DNA of 62,309 nt from a virus (lineage: Duplodnaviria; Caudoviricetes), in IMG/VR virus record IMGVR_UViG_3300022929_000020, positions 1 to 62,309 of that record. One strand, given 5' to 3'. Shown here one piece after another: positions 45,754-57,016 of the stretch (within the stretch, counting starts at the first letter, position 1; every line of letters starts with the position of its first letter). The notes below the pieces were generated by a model. It did not search any database, was not told the DNA's origin, and worked only from the letters and a program-made list of their open reading frames with translations. The position numbers and the translations under genes are program-made.

Positions 45754-48171
45754 TTATCTTGGTTCAAACTGCTCCAAGTCAAAACCTCCTAAGTTATCAA
45801 ATCCAGCGGACTCGAATCTTTTAGCAGGTGCGTTTTGCTTTCTTTGTTCGATCATTTCAGACTGCTGAGTAGCTTGTATTCTAGTTCTTTCGTCTTTACG
45901 ATCTTCTTTATACTTCTCCTTATCCTTTATCACTTGACTTTCTGCATCTTTAAGCTGCATATTCAATTGGAACTCTTTCTCCATCAGATCAAACTTTATT
46001 TGAGCTTGTCTTTCCATCTTTTCTATTTCGAATTGATTCTTAGCTTGATGTATTTGTATTTCAGTAGATGCTAGTGCTTGTTGCTTTTGCATCTCAGCCT
46101 CTGCTGCAACTCTAGATGATTCTTGGTTTGCTTGAGCTTGCATCTGTATGTTACGCTCTTTCATCTGTTGATCAAGTGCCATCTTCTTAGACTTTCTAAC
46201 CTTAAGCAATTGATTAGCCAGCTTACTATTTCTTATGTTTCTAATATCTATAGCGTCTTCTAGATTAATAACCTGCTGTTGCAATGCCATTTGAATATTA
46301 TTCTCTAGTCTAGTTCTCTCTTCTTCATCAGGTTCTATTTCTAAGAATATACCGAAGTCATGCAAATGTAGCTGTTTTACTTCGTTAAGTGTACCCACGT
46401 TAAATCGCCCTAAAGACTGTACAAATTGGTTTTGAGTGTTAGAGTATTCAAGTACGTCAGATATTCTAAGAGAGCACGCCTCTGCTGTTTTAAGAGTGAG
46501 GTATAAGCCTCCATCCTGTATGTGCTTAGTAGCGACGTTTGAATTTGCTGCGGCTAGTTTTTGTAATCCAACCAAAGAGTTCTCATTTGGCTTGCTACCA
46601 TCTCTAGCTTCGTTTAAGCCTGTGACATCTCTAATCATCTGCAAGTAGTAATTATAAGAATTAATAAGCGCAGATATCTTAGCGTTACCACCACTGGTTT
46701 GTAACTCTTGGATAGGTACTCTTGCATTGTTAAAGTCTCCATCTTGTGTCATTGATCTACCAATAACAGAACCAGTTTGGAAATACATATTCAACGCTTC
46801 TTGTGGATTGTAGTTTGTACCGTTACCTAAGTCGATCTCAGCGATACCGTCGGCGTCTAAGTAAACACCATCTGGTACCATACGAGACATAACCTGCTGT
46901 AGCTTCAAATGCGTTAACTGAATCATATCAGCAAACGTCATCATTCTACTTACTAATGACTCAGCAACTCCTTTGTACATTCTTGGGGCCACTATGTTAT
47001 AACCCATAGATACCTTTGTTATATCAGACTTTGGACGCGTCATGTTTTCACATAGCTTCCAGTCTAATATTATGTCGTGACCTAATATCTTTACACCAGA
47101 ATAAACAACCTCAATAGATCTTGATACTCTTTCAAATCTAGCTCTTTGATCTTTAGGTGGATTAAACGTGTCTGCTTTTTCTATAGCTTTATCAGCACCA
47201 GTTGCAGTTTGCTTTATCTTGTAAGTTTGTGTGTTGAATGTCTTATACTCGAAGTACAATACATTAATATAGTCTTTGTCTTGACGATGCTCAGGGTAAT
47301 AATTGTACCTATCGTAATTAGAGCTTTGGTATTTATTTTCTAAATCTTCTAGTTGCTCTTGGGTTAGGTTAGGGAATTGCTTCTTTAATTGCGTTAAAGT
47401 AATTCTTCTGACTTCACCAACGTAATACAAGTCGTCAAAGTATGGTGACTCACTGTACGAGTAAACTATATTTGCCGGATCTACATACTCGATTGTAACT
47501 CCTTCAGCTGTATTGAAACCGTTTTTAACACAGGCAATACCAAGTACAGTTAAGTCGTAATCTAATCTCTTCTTGATTAAACTATATTTATTTAAGTTGA
47601 ACAAGTTATCTAGCGCTTCTTCTTCTGCTATCTCTACACCTTGCTTATAATCTAACTGCATGTGTATTGCTAGCTCATCATCGTCTTCAGGTATAGCAGC
47701 TGGATCATTGTTAAATGTATTAACACCAGTTTGTTCTTGCACAGTTTGCTTGAACGTCTTGAACTGCATGTCTTCCATCATTGCCTCTACGTAGTCTGTT
47801 CTCTGTTTAATAGACGCAGGATCTTGCGAGAAGGCTTTTATTTTGTATAATCTTTCAGATATACCATTGACAACGATATCAACAAATTTAGGAACAATTG
47901 GAACTGGCTTCCAGTCTAAGTTTAGATAAGACAAATCACCGTTGATAGATAATTCATCTTTGTATTTCTGGACTGACTGTTCGCCTCTAGCATATAACCT
48001 AAGCTCATGAAACCTATTTTTGGTGTCATAATACCTAGAGCTACCACCGTCTCTGTCAAACCATTCCGCCTCAACTGCCTTAGCAACTTGCAGGCCGTAG
48101 TCAAAGCTTGACTTCTCCTCATCAGGCACTGCCTGACTAGGGAAAACGGATTTAGTTTTAGTTTTAATCAT
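45754..48171 (-). CDS. Portal protein
   Basis: 805 aa after terminase; PIVPKFVDIVVNG; IRDVTGLNEARDG; C-terminal coiled coil. Confidence 0.88.
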   Translation of the reverse strand: MIKTKTKSVFPSQAVPDEEKSSFDYGLQVAKAVEAEWFDRDGGSSRYYDTKNRFHELRLYARGEQSVQKYKDELSINGDLSYLNLDWKPVPIVPKFVDIVVNGISERLYKIKAFSQDPASIKQRTDYVEAMMEDMQFKTFKQTVQEQTGVNTFNNDPAAIPEDDDELAIHMQLDYKQGVEIAEEEALDNLFNLNKYSLIKKRLDYDLTVLGIACVKNGFNTAEGVTIEYVDPANIVYSYSESPYFDDLYYVGEVRRITLTQLKKQFPNLTQEQLEDLENKYQSSNYDRYNYYPEHRQDKDYINVLYFEYKTFNTQTYKIKQTATGADKAIEKADTFNPPKDQRARFERVSRSIEVVYSGVKILGHDIILDWKLCENMTRPKSDITKVSMGYNIVAPRMYKGVAESLVSRMMTFADMIQLTHLKLQQVMSRMVPDGVYLDADGIAEIDLGNGTNYNPQEALNMYFQTGSVIGRSMTQDGDFNNARVPIQELQTSGGNAKISALINSYNYYLQMIRDVTGLNEARDGSKPNENSLVGLQKLAAANSNVATKHIQDGGLYLTLKTAEACSLRISDVLEYSNTQNQFVQSLGRFNVGTLNEVKQLHLHDFGIFLEIEPDEEERTRLENNIQMALQQQVINLEDAIDIRNIRNSKLANQLLKVRKSKKMALDQQMKERNIQMQAQANQESSRVAAEAEMQKQQALASTEIQIHQAKNQFEIEKMERQAQIKFDLMEKEFQLNMQLKDAESQVIKDKEKYKEDRKDERTRIQATQQSEMIEQRKQNAPAKRFESAGFDNLGGFDLEQFEPR

Positions 48172-50378
48172 TACTCAATTATCTTTGATATTGCTCCTTT
48201 GTTATCAAACTTTGAAAAGCCAAAGCTCAATTTATTTGTTTGTCTTTCTGTTTTAGGTTGATACATATGTCTATTGCAAGCCATGATAGCAAGTCCAGAA
48301 CTGATAGACGCGTCAAACTGCGTTCGTTTATTTATATCAAACTTAGCCCAATCGTTAAGCGTTCTATTAAATTCTATATTACCGTAGTCGCCTTGCTCGT
48401 TTAAACCTACATAGCTTGATATATAACTTTCAATCGCTGATGCGTGGGCTTGCTTTATATCTTCACTAGAGTTAGGTATACCACCTATTTCTTTTTCAGC
48501 AGGTGATAACTTGTTCCAAGTCTTATCAGGCCTGTTCATTGAATATCCTCTATAACCTCTCCTCTTTAAATAATACAATAAACGTGGTTTGTTATTCTCT
48601 GCTAGTATTGGCATGCCATAAAAAACCAAAGACATTAAAACATCTTCGAAAAATATCTCAGATGTTTGTGGTCGAGCTATGTATTCTAAGAAGAAAGTAT
48701 TAGGTGGTGCATCTTCCATGCTAAACTTAGTAAGTCCGTGCAATGCACCTTTAGAACCTCTTCCATCTACTGTCCCTGATATATCGTAACTATCACAACC
48801 GAAAGCTCCTATATGCTCGTTGCCAGGAAACTTAAGCCCGTTCTTTAGTATCACTTTGTTTTGCAAGTGTGTACCTGGAACCCAAGATATATTAAACCTA
48901 CCGTTATTTAAATCAGGAACAAATAAAACCTTTGAATCTTTAACTCCGTTCTCCCATTGAAAGTTTCCTTTAATAGGCCTTGCAGTCTCTTCGTTATAAT
49001 CTATTTGCTCGTATATTTTCGTTAGGTTAAATATACTATTCTTTGTTTCATCTCTAAACGCATGCTCTTCGGTTCTTGGGAACTGTCTGTAAAATTCGTT
49101 TAAAGAATCTTGATCACTTCTTAAACCTTCCGCTTCGTTTTGCCAGTGCTCTATAACACCTAAATCTATTTCACTCCCATCAGGACCTATCACCGGTTTA
49201 TCAGGAGTATTAAATACCGGAACACCATACTCGTCCATGAATCCTTCGTAGTTCCACTCCATTGGGATAAACAAAGAATAAAGACCTGAACTAGTTTGTC
49301 CGTTCTTATTTCTTTTAGTTACGTCAGAATCGTTGTATAACTTTTTAAAGTTTGATCCACCTTTGTCTAACGCATTTGATGTTGAACCCATCATACACTT
49401 GCCTATGACCTTACTACCTAACCTGAGCGTAGTCTTTGTTACTCTCCAGTTATTTAGTATATTCTCAGGCTTCTCCCACTTACCTGCCTCATCGTGTATT
49501 AGTAACGCAAGCTTCTCACCATCATAGGAGTTATCTCCTGTATTCTTCCAGTCTATAGTAGTATCAAGTCCTTGCATTTCTTCTAGACCTTCAGATGATG
49601 ACATCCTCTTTCTAGTCAGCTTGCTTGCTGGAACTCGGTATGCTAGCTCTGTCTTAGGTCTATCCATACCATCTTGTATAGGCTTGAAAAAGAAAGGATA
49701 GTTTATAGAAATAGGTACAACCTTATCTGTAAACATTTTCTTTGCGTCAGCACCAGACTTTGATAATATACCGTATCTAGAATCTGACTTAATCGTGGCA
49801 GAAGAAACTGTCTCGCTCGATGCCATAAATGAAAAACCAGAACGTCGATTCTTCAAATAACACATACCATAAGATCTAGTATCTGCCTTGCAAGCCTCCC
49901 AAAATATAAAGAATAATCTGTTTGCTTCTCTATAGTCAGGTTTACCTACGTCGATCTTACTCCACTGTAGGTACATATAATGGCTACCAGTTATATACGT
50001 TGGTACACCATTGTTGTAAAACCAAAAGCCTTCATCTCTTCTTTTAAACTCTTCTTCAATGTAATCTATCCATTGCTCTTTAAAGTTATCAGGAAGATCT
50101 CTCCAATCAAATATAGACTTGATATTACTCAAGTCTTTAGGTAATGGTTCTACGTTCCATTTGTTATCATCCCAGCGTTTAACCTGTGTTGGTTGCTTTG
50201 GCAGAGCTATTTGTAGGTTTTGTATCTCTACTATTTCACCTATTTGCCCTGTCTTACTAATAACAATTATGTCGTGTTCTTTATTATAACCGTATTCCCA
50301 ACTCTTAGACTTATTAAGTCTTTTGATCGTATTAATACGTATTGGTTCTACGACTTTTACTAGACTTTGCTGGTACAT
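48171..50378 (-). CDS. terL: Terminase large subunit
   Basis: KNRRSGFS Walker A, IHDEAGK Walker B, GCDSYD nuclease, AENNK. Confidence 0.92.
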   Translation of the reverse strand: MYQQSLVKVVEPIRINTIKRLNKSKSWEYGYNKEHDIIVISKTGQIGEIVEIQNLQIALPKQPTQVKRWDDNKWNVEPLPKDLSNIKSIFDWRDLPDNFKEQWIDYIEEEFKRRDEGFWFYNNGVPTYITGSHYMYLQWSKIDVGKPDYREANRLFFIFWEACKADTRSYGMCYLKNRRSGFSFMASSETVSSATIKSDSRYGILSKSGADAKKMFTDKVVPISINYPFFFKPIQDGMDRPKTELAYRVPASKLTRKRMSSSEGLEEMQGLDTTIDWKNTGDNSYDGEKLALLIHDEAGKWEKPENILNNWRVTKTTLRLGSKVIGKCMMGSTSNALDKGGSNFKKLYNDSDVTKRNKNGQTSSGLYSLFIPMEWNYEGFMDEYGVPVFNTPDKPVIGPDGSEIDLGVIEHWQNEAEGLRSDQDSLNEFYRQFPRTEEHAFRDETKNSIFNLTKIYEQIDYNEETARPIKGNFQWENGVKDSKVLFVPDLNNGRFNISWVPGTHLQNKVILKNGLKFPGNEHIGAFGCDSYDISGTVDGRGSKGALHGLTKFSMEDAPPNTFFLEYIARPQTSEIFFEDVLMSLVFYGMPILAENNKPRLLYYLKRRGYRGYSMNRPDKTWNKLSPAEKEIGGIPNSSEDIKQAHASAIESYISSYVGLNEQGDYGNIEFNRTLNDWAKFDINKRTQFDASISSGLAIMACNRHMYQPKTERQTNKLSFGFSKFDNKGAISKIIE

Positions 50379-50380
50379 GA

Positions 50381-50656
50381 CTATTTACTTTTACGTTCAG
50401 CAAAACCACTAAAGGCTTGCTTTGTTTTTTCTACAGTCTTGTTCTCTAGCAAAGCTTTTTCTTCTTCAATCCTAGTTAATATTTCAAAGGCATCGAATAT
50501 AGCAAGCTTCTTTGTAGCTGCGGCATTTTTAAGTCTATCAGCAGACACGTCTTCTTCAGTGTTTGTGATAATCTTTTCTTCTGCTACTTTGATAAGTTCC
50601 TCAACGGCCTTATACCCAGCTTCGATTATGTTGCTTTTCTTCTCCTTGATATTCAT
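50381..50656 (-). CDS. Putative terminase small subunit
   Basis: Small helical protein directly upstream of terL. Confidence 0.45.
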   Translation of the reverse strand: MNIKEKKSNIIEAGYKAVEELIKVAEEKIITNTEEDVSADRLKNAAATKKLAIFDAFEILTRIEEEKALLENKTVEKTKQAFSGFAERKSK

Positions 50657-51155
50657 ATTTAATTGTAATAAAATCTGTTTTAAGTCTATACAGCTTTTCT
50701 TCGTCTATATTAAACTCATATTCTCCAGCTGGTCTATAACCAACTATATCGCCTTTATCGTAAACGTCAGAATATACAACTTCACCTATGAACTCTCCAG
50801 CGGGCTTAACAAATGTATAACCTGGTAAGGCTTTCCATTGTTCATCCCTTTTATAAGCAAATACTTGATCAATGTTTATTTTATATAGATCTTCTTCTAT
50901 ATAACTAGTACTGTTTCTTTCTTTGCCTCTAGCGTCGTGCCATCTTCTAAATACATTGTGATGCACGATTACTTCATCTTTCTCTTTAACAGGTGTATTG
51001 AACTCGGTTGGCAAGCCAACCACTACACCTTGTCTGCTTATATAACCGTGGTTAAATATCTCGGTGTTAAGTATAAGCTCTTTGTCACCGACCTTTTTAG
51101 TGTTGTTGTATCTTTCGTTTTTAGGCTTTATTAAAAAATAAAAAGTGCCTTTCAT
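50610..51155 (-). CDS. GroES-like fold protein (tandem domains)
   Basis: FLIKP...GVVVGLP...VKEKDEVIVHH, then FVKP...GEVV...KGDIVGY. Confidence 0.55.
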   Translation of the reverse strand: MKGTFYFLIKPKNERYNNTKKVGDKELILNTEIFNHGYISRQGVVVGLPTEFNTPVKEKDEVIVHHNVFRRWHDARGKERNSTSYIEEDLYKINIDQVFAYKRDEQWKALPGYTFVKPAGEFIGEVVYSDVYDKGDIVGYRPAGEYEFNIDEEKLYRLKTDFITIKYEYQGEEKQHNRSWV

Positions 51156-51373
51156 TAATACTCTAGGTTATATTCAACAGAGATCGCCATGTTCTTGTTG
51201 AAATCTTTCCAAGGTAAAACTTCTTCGTTCTTCCTTATATAGATACTATACTTAGTGTCGTCTTCAACTATATCACAGATGGTATGCCCTCCGTAGACCT
51301 CTTGACCTACGGAGTAGTGCATAGCATCGTTTTTATAATCTCTCCCTACACTAATCTTACGGATTAGTTTCAT
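51155..51373 (-). CDS. Hypothetical protein
   Basis: IRKISVG.DYK..AMHY.VGQ. Confidence 0.75.
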   Translation of the reverse strand: MKLIRKISVGRDYKNDAMHYSVGQEVYGGHTICDIVEDDTKYSIYIRKNEEVLPWKDFNKNMAISVEYNLEY

Positions 51374-51599
51374 CTTCCCCTTCTTTGATAGTACCATCTT
51401 GGATGTTGATACTAACTTTACCGTACTCTTTCTCTAGTTCGTTTTGGAACTCTGTAAGCTCTTTACGCACTGTAGGAATAGCAGCGATAACGTCGTACTT
51501 CCTAGATTCTACTTGACCCAACTCCATTTGTAATTGGTTAATTTGGTTTACTAGCCCTTGCAACTTCGCGAGTTGCTCGTCTTTGATTTTGTTTTCCAT
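51357..51599 (-). CDS. Coiled-coil protein
   Basis: Heptads; LEKEYG.VSINI.DG. Confidence 0.75.
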   Translation of the reverse strand: MENKIKDEQLAKLQGLVNQINQLQMELGQVESRKYDVIAAIPTVRKELTEFQNELEKEYGKVSINIQDGTIKEGEDETNP

Positions 51600-51666
51600 A
51601 ATAAAATTTTAATGTTTGGTTTTTTAACTTATCTATAGTATTACTCTATTTTACTATTTTTTACTC

Positions 51667-51972
51667 TTATGTTGCTTCTGTAAACCCTAGCTCAGTCAAA
51701 GCCCAGTCTGTTACTACAGAGTCGTCAGTACCCCAAGTGTCATAGCTAGCTTGAGGAAAGCTTAAATTGCCTTCCATTAGCATACCACCAGGAACAGAAA
51801 TAGTCGCGCCTTCTTCTGCATCTTCAGATTCGTCTGGTATCATTTCTTCTTTGTGTAGAGACCAATACAAGGTAATACCTGCTGTTGGTGATAAGTCAAA
51901 GCTTAAAGCTTTTACATTTAGGTACTTTCCAGTTCCTTTGGTTGGTACCGTTACGTCGTTAATGTTAATCAT
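51667..51972 (-). CDS. Hypothetical protein (possible fibre assembly chaperone)
   Basis: Follows the fibre gene; WGTDDSVV.DW. Confidence 0.65.
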   Translation of the reverse strand: MININDVTVPTKGTGKYLNVKALSFDLSPTAGITLYWSLHKEEMIPDESEDAEEGATISVPGGMLMEGNLSFPQASYDTWGTDDSVVTDWALTELGFTEAT

Positions 51973-51984
51973 GTTGTTTAGTTT

Positions 51985-54531
51985 TTATGTTACGTTTGTT
52001 ATAATTCCACCGTTTACTGTTATAGCGACTGGTGGGTTAGTTGAAATGTTAATTGTACCGGTCCATCCTTGCGTTCCGTTTTGGTAAAAGTCTCCGTCTG
52101 CGTTAATGTCGCCCGCCGAATCAACTTCGTAATTAGGACTTGTTTTATTCACACCTAATTTACCATCCCTTGTAAGCTCCATTTTCGCATCAGCAGATGT
52201 TACGACAGCTGATTCCGAATTTGAAGCGGTATCCTCTAAACAAAACAATAATTTGCTTCTTGAGTAAGTCCCTACACCTTGAGCAATTATTGCAGCCTTA
52301 GTAGGTGCAGTATAGGCGCCTGAGGTATAGGGAGTGCCTAAGTATACGCCGGCCTCATCCGAGGTTGATTCACCATCTGTTCTGATTTCAGCTATTGCAT
52401 TACTAGGTTCTAAATTAATGGTATTGCCTTCGGCTCCAGAATTAGCGGTGATTTTTACATCATTTAAAATCCTGGCGGTTCCATTAATGTCAATTTTATA
52501 ACCCGCATCAGTAGTTTTGCCTATTAAAACGTTGCCGCCTGAAGTGATGCGCATTCTTTCAGAAGCGTTAGTTCCAATAACCATATCAGTACTATTGTAC
52601 CCAAACAATATGGGTTGCTCAGAACCATTTATGCCTACAAAGAAACCAGTATCACCGTCTTCTCCAGTAGTGCTATTTGTAAACTTAGCCGTAGAAGTAC
52701 CACTTGTTGACTCGTGTACTTGAATTTGTCTATCAGGGCTCGAAGTACCAATACCTACGTTGCCGTTAACAATAGTCAAATCATTCGCAGCTGATGTACT
52801 ACCATTTGCTTTCTCTCTTCTAATTCTAAAACGAGAATTTATACCGTCATCGTCAACAATAAAACGGTAACGTGCACTGTCATCAGAGTCTGATATACCA
52901 ACGTGCCCATAGGCATGCAAGGGGTAAGCCGGGCTCGAAGTTCCAATACCTACCCGACCAGCAGTATTTATTGTTACTCTTGCAGTTGAATTGGTTTTTA
53001 ATTGTAACTCGTGATTGCTATCTGTTCCAATTACACCTCTTGCAGCTTGTGCTTGTAGATTTATCTGCGCCCCTCCACTACGTTCAACCTCTAATTCACC
53101 ATTTCCAGTTGAGAAAACTCTTAAACCACTACCATTATCAACCGTAGTGCCAATGAGGACGTTGCCAGTAGAGGTGATATTTAATAACGGAGACCCCGCT
53201 CTTCCTATAGAAAATTTATCGCTACCTACAGAGTTCGTGCCAACTCCTAAGTCCCAATAAGTAGAGGCTGATGTATTAGACGCAAATCTAACAGTTGCTC
53301 CAGTCATTGCTGAACCAGTATACCCATTTACTCCATTAGCAACATATGAAATATGTGGGTTTATATGCATAACCCATCTGGCGGCATCTGATCCGTACAA
53401 TGTGGGGTAATTAGTGTTTCCTGCCCATGAGGCAGAAATTGCTCCTATAAAAGCAGAATAAGAAGTATGAGAAACCTTTAGTCTTCCAGCGATTTCTAAC
53501 TTTTCTCCCGGGTTCGAAGTTCCAATACCAAGACTACCTGAGAAATAAGCATCTCCGTTGTTTTCAATGTTAACGGTGTTTGATGCAGAGCCAGATGAAT
53601 AATCATCCAATCTTAGATCTCCTACAATCGATACTCTTCCTCTTTGTCCGTTACCTGATGTGGAATTGTCCCATGTTAGTACATTTCCGTTATTATTGGT
53701 GCTAGCACTATGTTGAACATAGTTTAAAGCCCCAGAAGAGTATACACTTACTTCAGATGTACTTTCTCCTCTTAATATTATATAGTTTGTTCCATCACTT
53801 ACTTGAAAGTATCCTGATTGAGTGTTAAATTGGAAATATTGTGTTCTACCACTTTTTTGAAGATATATAGTATTGGAATTACCATGCCAATGATGAAGGC
53901 CAAACTTAGCAAAAGGGTTAGATATACCACCAGACTCATGCGTTCTGTCTACGTATATACCTTGAGCAGATATGTCTCCACTAACTTGTAACTTATCTCC
54001 TCCATCAGTAGTAGTGCCAATGAGGACGTTGCCGCCTGAAGTGATACGCATACGTTCAGTAGCGTTTGTAAACACTCTCAAATTAGCATTATCACGAAGG
54101 TTTATAATTCCATTACCATTTCCAGTTTCTTGACCTATATCTATTCCAGTAAATGCAGATTCATTTATTCTTATATATGGATTTGTACCACTTGCAGTTA
54201 TGTGAACCTTCTGGGAGGGGCTCGTAGTTCCAATGCCTACGTTAACGTTTTCAAAAGTAAAATTACCAGAAGAAGGAAATCCTATTGCTTGAGTTCCTGC
54301 GCTTGCATTTTTTATTCTATAAGATCCTTGAGAAATATGTATATTACCCGTTTGTATATAAGCATCTCCTATTACGTGTAAAGGATGTGCTGGACTTGTC
54401 GTACGAATACCCACCCGATTAGTACTAACATCAACAAATAAAGTATTAGTATCGACAGCAAAATCGCCATCGATACTAAGCCCTGAGGAAGTATCCTCGA
54501 AATCTATAGGTGAATAAACCTTTATCGCCAT
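51985..54531 (-). CDS. Tail fibre/receptor-binding protein with GNVGIGT repeats
   Basis: Repeated ERMRIT..GNV(G/L)IGT.SP modules. Confidence 0.8.
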   Translation of the reverse strand: MAIKVYSPIDFEDTSSGLSIDGDFAVDTNTLFVDVSTNRVGIRTTSPAHPLHVIGDAYIQTGNIHISQGSYRIKNASAGTQAIGFPSSGNFTFENVNVGIGTTSPSQKVHITASGTNPYIRINESAFTGIDIGQETGNGNGIINLRDNANLRVFTNATERMRITSGGNVLIGTTTDGGDKLQVSGDISAQGIYVDRTHESGGISNPFAKFGLHHWHGNSNTIYLQKSGRTQYFQFNTQSGYFQVSDGTNYIILRGESTSEVSVYSSGALNYVQHSASTNNNGNVLTWDNSTSGNGQRGRVSIVGDLRLDDYSSGSASNTVNIENNGDAYFSGSLGIGTSNPGEKLEIAGRLKVSHTSYSAFIGAISASWAGNTNYPTLYGSDAARWVMHINPHISYVANGVNGYTGSAMTGATVRFASNTSASTYWDLGVGTNSVGSDKFSIGRAGSPLLNITSTGNVLIGTTVDNGSGLRVFSTGNGELEVERSGGAQINLQAQAARGVIGTDSNHELQLKTNSTARVTINTAGRVGIGTSSPAYPLHAYGHVGISDSDDSARYRFIVDDDGINSRFRIRREKANGSTSAANDLTIVNGNVGIGTSSPDRQIQVHESTSGTSTAKFTNSTTGEDGDTGFFVGINGSEQPILFGYNSTDMVIGTNASERMRITSGGNVLIGKTTDAGYKIDINGTARILNDVKITANSGAEGNTINLEPSNAIAEIRTDGESTSDEAGVYLGTPYTSGAYTAPTKAAIIAQGVGTYSRSKLLFCLEDTASNSESAVVTSADAKMELTRDGKLGVNKTSPNYEVDSAGDINADGDFYQNGTQGWTGTINISTNPPVAITVNGGIITNVT

Positions 54532-54558
54532 TTACATTTTATTTAATTTTATTTATAC

Positions 54559-56286
54559 TTATGCGTAAGCTACGCTAGCAGTAGTCGCTCCTTTAGCAGA
54601 GGTGATGACAACTCCAACGTTGTTTGGAGGTGCAATACCAAAAGATATCTTAACCTTACTAGTAGATGCAGCGTCTAACTTATCTGTTCTCGCTACGTCT
54701 GCTACAATCGTTTGCTTTGTAGACACATCGAATAACTCAACGATTACATCTTCAGTTCCTAAGTTATGTGTGATCTCAGCGTATAGGTTAGTAGTAAAAC
54801 TAGGATTTGTAACATCAATAGCAGCAGTTACAGATCTAGCAGCTAATCCATCAGGTGTTACCGCGCGTGTTGCATCAGTTCCTGTTTGAGTCTCAGCGCT
54901 AGTAGCAAGCTCAACAATACCTCGAGTACTTGTGCTAGCATTAGGTTCGTCACCAGTGTTAGAACCACTCAATACGGTAAGACCATCTAGCAAGTTGATT
55001 TCAGTAGCTGTTGCAGTTACTCCGTCTAAGATATTAATCTCAGCAGTAGTAACAGTAGCTCCATCTAGCTTGTTAAGCTCCGCCGCTGTAGCAGTGACGC
55101 CTAAGTCAGATAAGCTACCTGCTTTAGCGTTCAACTGCGTTTGAATATTAGATGTAACACCATCTGTATAGTTAAGTTCAGTAGTGGTCGCTGTGAGGCC
55201 ATCTAGCTTGTTTATTTCAGCTGTGGTAGCTGTAACGCCATCTAAGATGTTTAACTCAGCAGGAGTAGCACTAACAGCAGTTGTAGGCGCAGTAGAGAAT
55301 AAAGCCACATGACCAGTTAAGTCTGGAAGTGTCGCAGTTCTGTCTGCAGTAACTGTAGCCGCTAATAATGTAACCTCGTTTGCGTCAGCTGCATTACCTT
55401 CGAATACTACACCATTGGATGTACTTACTGTTTCAACATTATTAGTTGTAGTAGTACCAGTGACAACAAGATCACCAGGGATAGTAATAGTATCATCTGA
55501 GTCACCAATTGTTAAGCTAGTCAAGTTAGCGTTAAGTGCTGCTTTAACGTTAGCAGTATCAGTTACGTCAGCGTTTGTTTCTACGCTATCAAGTTTACTT
55601 TCTTGAGCATCGGTCATGAACCTCTTGTTAGAGGTGTCAGTCATATTAGCTGTACTAAATGTAGGAGCAGCACCACTAACTACAGACTGATTTAAAGCTT
55701 TAACATCCGTAATAGACGTAAGCTCACTATCCATCAAAGCGCCAGCCGCAGTTACATTTGTAGTATCTGTAACATCTGCTCCGGCTTCAATACCGTCTAA
55801 TTTGTTTTTAAGCGCGGTAGTGAAGTTTTCATCAGTTTGAGAAGCAACTACAAAGTCTAATGAATTACCAGCATCGTCATATGTAACAGTAATACCAGTT
55901 TCAGTATTACCAGTAACCATACCACCAACAATGTCTTGAACTTGCTCGTTGCTAAGCTGTGTGTTAGTAGAAGCAATCGTGATAGTATCAGTTCCCGCAT
56001 CAGTTGTAATTGTTACGTTAGAGCCAGCAGCCAACGTTAACGTATCATTGGTTCCGTCAGCTACAACGCTTGTTTGTCCTGATACAGCGATAGTGTCAAA
56101 CTTGTTACCACCAAGAGCAACCCAAGAGCTGCCATTGTACACGTAGATCTGTTTGTCACCACCAGTGCTGTCGTAATAAATTTGTCCTTCAGTAGGTGAA
56201 GATGGCGCAGACCCTAAAGGATGCACCACTGCGTTTTGTAGTTCGTTCTTGTTAAGATCAATACTAGCGTAGTATTCTAATGCCAT
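54559..56286 (-). CDS. Tail fibre-like structural protein
   Basis: TxxELNxLDG repeats; ASTSTRGIVELAT.AE...G...AVTP phage fibre repeat. Confidence 0.75.
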   Translation of the reverse strand: MALEYYASIDLNKNELQNAVVHPLGSAPSSPTEGQIYYDSTGGDKQIYVYNGSSWVALGGNKFDTIAVSGQTSVVADGTNDTLTLAAGSNVTITTDAGTDTITIASTNTQLSNEQVQDIVGGMVTGNTETGITVTYDDAGNSLDFVVASQTDENFTTALKNKLDGIEAGADVTDTTNVTAAGALMDSELTSITDVKALNQSVVSGAAPTFSTANMTDTSNKRFMTDAQESKLDSVETNADVTDTANVKAALNANLTSLTIGDSDDTITIPGDLVVTGTTTTNNVETVSTSNGVVFEGNAADANEVTLLAATVTADRTATLPDLTGHVALFSTAPTTAVSATPAELNILDGVTATTAEINKLDGLTATTTELNYTDGVTSNIQTQLNAKAGSLSDLGVTATAAELNKLDGATVTTAEINILDGVTATATEINLLDGLTVLSGSNTGDEPNASTSTRGIVELATSAETQTGTDATRAVTPDGLAARSVTAAIDVTNPSFTTNLYAEITHNLGTEDVIVELFDVSTKQTIVADVARTDKLDAASTSKVKISFGIAPPNNVGVVITSAKGATTASVAYA

Positions 56287-56305
56287 AGTTTATAGTTTTT
56301 TATTT

Positions 56306-57013
56306 TTAGTTTAGATATGCGGTTCCGCTAAATGAAGCAGAAAACGTAATTGTCAATTGATTCTTGTTAACGTGAGTAATCGCACCAACGGCTTGATTAT
56401 CAGCTGAATCAAATACAACAACGTTTGGAAACTTATTCAAGTTGTGAGTGATAGTCCATGTTGAACTAGCAGAGTTTTGGTTGTGCCTATAGTCTTTATC
56501 TTGAGCACCTGAATATAATATAATTGAATAAAATTTCTCCACTTCTAAACTGCCGTTACCATTTATGTATGACAATGTTAGATCGTAGAAGCTGGTTTCT
56601 AATGGATCTTGCGTTACGGCTGTACAAGTATATACGCCGAAATTATCTTGGTTTTCGTTATTAGCTATAATCACTTGCTTGTCAACGAAGTTATTCATTG
56701 CATTGACTAAAGTGTAATCTCCTTTGTAAATTTTATTACTAAGCTTAATGGTAGATACAGAACCAAATGAGACCTCTGTGTTACTAGTATCTATAGTCAT
56801 AGACCCAGCTGGTCTAGTATCGCCACCTCCAAAGCTGTTGTTATAAAATACGTAGGACAATTGCCCTACAACACCTGCCGAGTTAGTGTCTCTGATAAAT
56901 ATAGAAATATCATCTATACGATAGTTTTTAGTTCCACCGCCAGCGTTAGACCCAAGAAGCTTATCTCCTTTATCTACGGTTTGATCTATCGCTATTTGAC
57001 TAATCTTTGGCAT
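56306..57013 (-). CDS. Virion structural protein
   Basis: DKLLGS...TKNY N-terminus shared with 60748-62133; WTITHNL C-terminal domain. Confidence 0.65.
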   Translation of the reverse strand: MPKISQIAIDQTVDKGDKLLGSNAGGGTKNYRIDDISIFIRDTNSAGVVGQLSYVFYNNSFGGGDTRPAGSMTIDTSNTEVSFGSVSTIKLSNKIYKGDYTLVNAMNNFVDKQVIIANNENQDNFGVYTCTAVTQDPLETSFYDLTLSYINGNGSLEVEKFYSIILYSGAQDKDYRHNQNSASSTWTITHNLNKFPNVVVFDSADNQAVGAITHVNKNQLTITFSASFSGTAYLN

Positions 57014-57016
57014 GTT

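Noticed and set aside
51985-54531. Diversity-generating retroelement in the fibre gene
   Set aside because: No reverse transcriptase and no TR/VR pair with adenine-specific mismatches.
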